Origin: Squalus acanthias
Taxonomy: Eukaryota
Direction of reading: 5' to 3'
DNA length: 64,000 nt
Assembly: GCA_030390025.1 (NCBI GenBank)
Contig: CM059433.1
Span: 7,256,001 to 7,320,000, forward strand
The first letter of the stretch is position 1, and every line of letters begins with the position of its first letter. The notes under the pieces are model-generated. The model did no database searches. It saw only the letters and a list, made by a program, of their open reading frames with translations, and was not told the DNA's origin. The translations under genes and the position numbers were made by a program. This document shows, piece after piece, positions 61,480-64,000 of this stretch.

Positions 61480-63395
61480 CCACAAACATTTCACAGTGGC
61501 GCAAGGTAAAAACTGGACACCAAGCCAGATATTAAAAGAGGCGACTAAAATCTCGGTCAAAGAGCTGAGTTTTAAGAGGATCTTAAAAGTAGAGACAGAG
61601 TTGGAGAATTCCAGTGTGTGAGGCCCAGATGGCTAAAGGCACGGCCGCCAATGGTGGAGTGAAGGAGGAAGGACTGCACAAGAGGCCAGAGTTCAAAGAA
61701 CAAAGGGGGAAAAATTGGGTATCGCCCATTTTGGGGTGCTAATAATTGGCCTGGCGCAAATTTTAGCGCCCGGCGCTAATTATCGCCTCCGACTGCAAAA
61801 TTCGCCTCTATCGCCCCCGTGAGGTGATTTGAGTGCTAAATCAGGCGCTACACACCTCTCTTAAGGTGCAAACGTCAGGGAGCGAGGCGCTACCTCAGAA
61901 CGCTACCGAAGCTCAGGCGATGTCCGTTACCATGGAAGCCAGACAGACTGGCGCCGTCCAGTTCTTAAAGGGGAGGGGCCATCTTTCTGGCCAGCCACTC
62001 CCTGCTCATTAATGCCTTGAATCTCGGCCTGGAGAGACCTCAAAAGCAATTGTGTTGGAAGCACTAATGGATAGGCCCAGGGAAAGAGCCCGGCGTTTAG
62101 GAACCTTAAAAGTGGTGCTGAGGGCCCAAACTCCTTAGGACAGTGTTAAAATCAAAAATTTTGCCGACAAGAAAAGGCAGGAAGTGCCCGGCTTTAAATA
62201 GCGCTCCCCCAGCCCCTTCCCGACTTGAAAATGTTCCCCTCTACCTGTCTTTCCTAGCGGCAGGCACTAAGGCAGGGGGCGCGATTCAATATCCGGTCTG
62301 TGGCGCTACCGGGGCAGTGCACGCTTGACTGACGTCACGATCTGCGGGCGCAGGAGATCGTGGCGGTAGTGTTTAGCGCCGCTGCAAAACGACTGGTCAA
62401 TTTCGCGAGCTGTGCTAAAATCGCCTCGCTCGGGCGCTAAGTCCCTCGCGCCCCCCCGGAGGCGCTAACCAACCGAATTTCCCCCCCCTCCCCAAAGAGT
62501 TCGGGGGGAGTTATAGGGCTGGAGGTTACAGAAATAGGGAGGGGCAAGGCCCTGAAGAGATTTAAACACAAGGATGGCAATTTTAGATTGGAGGCGTTAG
62601 GGAGACAGAGAGCCAATATAGGTCAACAAGGACAGGATACGATACAGTTGGATGAGCTGAAGTTTACATCGCGTGGAGAATGGGAGCTCAGCCAGGAGAG
62701 CATTGGAATAGTCAAGTCTGGAGGTGACAAAGGGTGGAGGCAGGCAATGTTATGGAGTTAAAAATAGGCAATCTTTGTGATGGAGAGGATACGGGCTCAG
62801 ATGCTCAGCTCGGGCTCGAAAAGGACGTCAAAGATTGCCAACAGCCTGGTTCAACCTGAGGCAGTAGACGGGGAGGGGGACTGAATCGGTGTCAAGGGTA
62901 CAGAGCTTGTGTCGGAGGGCCAATGATGATGGTTTCGGTCTTCCCAATGTTTAACTGGAGGAAATCATGGCTCATCCAAGACGGGATGCCGGACAAGTCG
63001 TCTGACAACACAAAGGCAGTGGAGGGGTCGAGAGGTGTAGAGCTGGCTATTGTCAATGTACACGTGGAAGCTGACCCCATGTCTTCGGATGATGTTGCCA
63101 AAGGCATCATGCAAATGTGCAAGAGGAGGGGAACTTTAGAGGACTCGAGGTAACGGTGCGGGACCAGGAAGAGAAACCGTTGCTGGAGATTCTTTGGCTA
63201 CGACTGGATAAATAAGAGAAGAGCCAAGTGAGAGCTGTCCCACTGAGCTGGACAATGGAGGGGGGGCGCGGAAGACGATTCTGAGGTCAATTATGCAAAA
63301 GGCTGCAGAGAGGTCAAGGAGGAAGAGCAGAAAAAAAAATGAACCATGGTCAGTCATATGGATATCATTTGTGACTTTAATTAGGGCTGTTGCAG
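61480..63395 (-). mobile_element. decayed L2 LINE interrupted at about 61705-62490
   Basis: LLFLLDLSAAF, LSGIPSWMSHDFLQLNIGKTE (L2 RT) and L2 3' region. Confidence 0.75.
61705..62492. mobile_element. CpG-rich non-autonomous DNA-transposon-like insertion (possibly PIF/Harbinger)
   Basis: Imperfect TIRs gggggaaaaattggg / ccgaatttcccccc, repeated subterminal ttagcgcc motifs, aaa on both flanks; the L2 host rejoins across it. Confidence 0.55.
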
Positions 63396-63522
63396 TACAG
63401 CCTCACTGTTCCATTGTACTTCCTAAGTCAGCCCAGATGAGATCATGACCTCCCCAAGTAGGAAACTGTGAGCACAGCCCCAGTTCCAATACTCAATCTT
63501 GCAACTCAGTCTTGCATCACCA

Positions 63523-64000
63523 TGGGCCGGATATTCCGACCCCCACGGGTGGGTACGAGGTGTGTGCGCACCCGTAGGGGCCTCGCAAGTGCCGGTTTCA
63601 GGCATGCGAAGCGCACTTCCGATCTGTCAAGAATTAGATCATCCGCCTGCGCCTCCGCGGGCAGAGAGTTCCGCTTTCTGCACAACCTCCGCCTGCTGAA
63701 AACCTTACGCCTGGTAAAAGCCTGCGTAAGGCCTGCTTTTATCAGCATAAGAGTTTAAAAAAAAAATTTCCACTCATTTATAATTTAAAAATACTTTTAA
63801 AAAGGTAAGTTTATTTTTAGCCTCGTAAAAATTTGAAATTAAATTCTTTTTTAAATATTTAATTTAATGTAATTTTAATTAATTTTAAATACAAGATTAA
63901 TTTTTTTTTTTAATGTTTTCGTGTGTTTTTTAAGTGCTCTCCATTCATACTTTTGACAGTTCTGTGTGTAGAGACCTGTCAAAAGTGTGAAGGGGGATTC
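63523..64000. mobile_element. start of another CpG-rich MITE-like element running off the window
   Basis: Begins gggccggatattcc; AT-rich interior; local inverted repeat acttttgacag..ctgtcaaaagt at about 63948-63986. Confidence 0.4.

Overview
Eukaryotic (vertebrate) genomic DNA, very probably from a cartilaginous fish (inferred from the repeat complement). It holds the conserved ADAM17-IAH1-CPSF3 block. ADAM17 contributes its last two exons (+). IAH1 is complete with six exons (-, 238 aa SGNH esterase). CPSF3/CPSF73 contributes its last 11 exons (-), one with a GC-AG intron. Introns are packed with nested retroelements: CR1 LINEs (one with an esterase ORF1), a second CR1/L2-group LINE family ('family B'), several tRNA-derived SINEs, L2 relics, two Penelope-like families, a decayed Gypsy integrase and MITE-like elements. 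Two things stand out. (1) Family B LINE begins with a tRNA-like A/B-box head and has almost no TTTT on its sense strand over >3 kb. It has no in-frame AUG before its endonuclease domain and shares both head and tail with a short SINE, which suggests a Pol III-transcribed autonomous LINE with a deletion-derivative SINE. (2) Two families of minimal hammerhead ribozymes sit in Penelope pseudo-LTRs, one of them in a short, almost perfectly palindromic insertion with a 12-bp target duplication. Exon coordinates were read by eye at splice sites; repeat boundaries are approximate.
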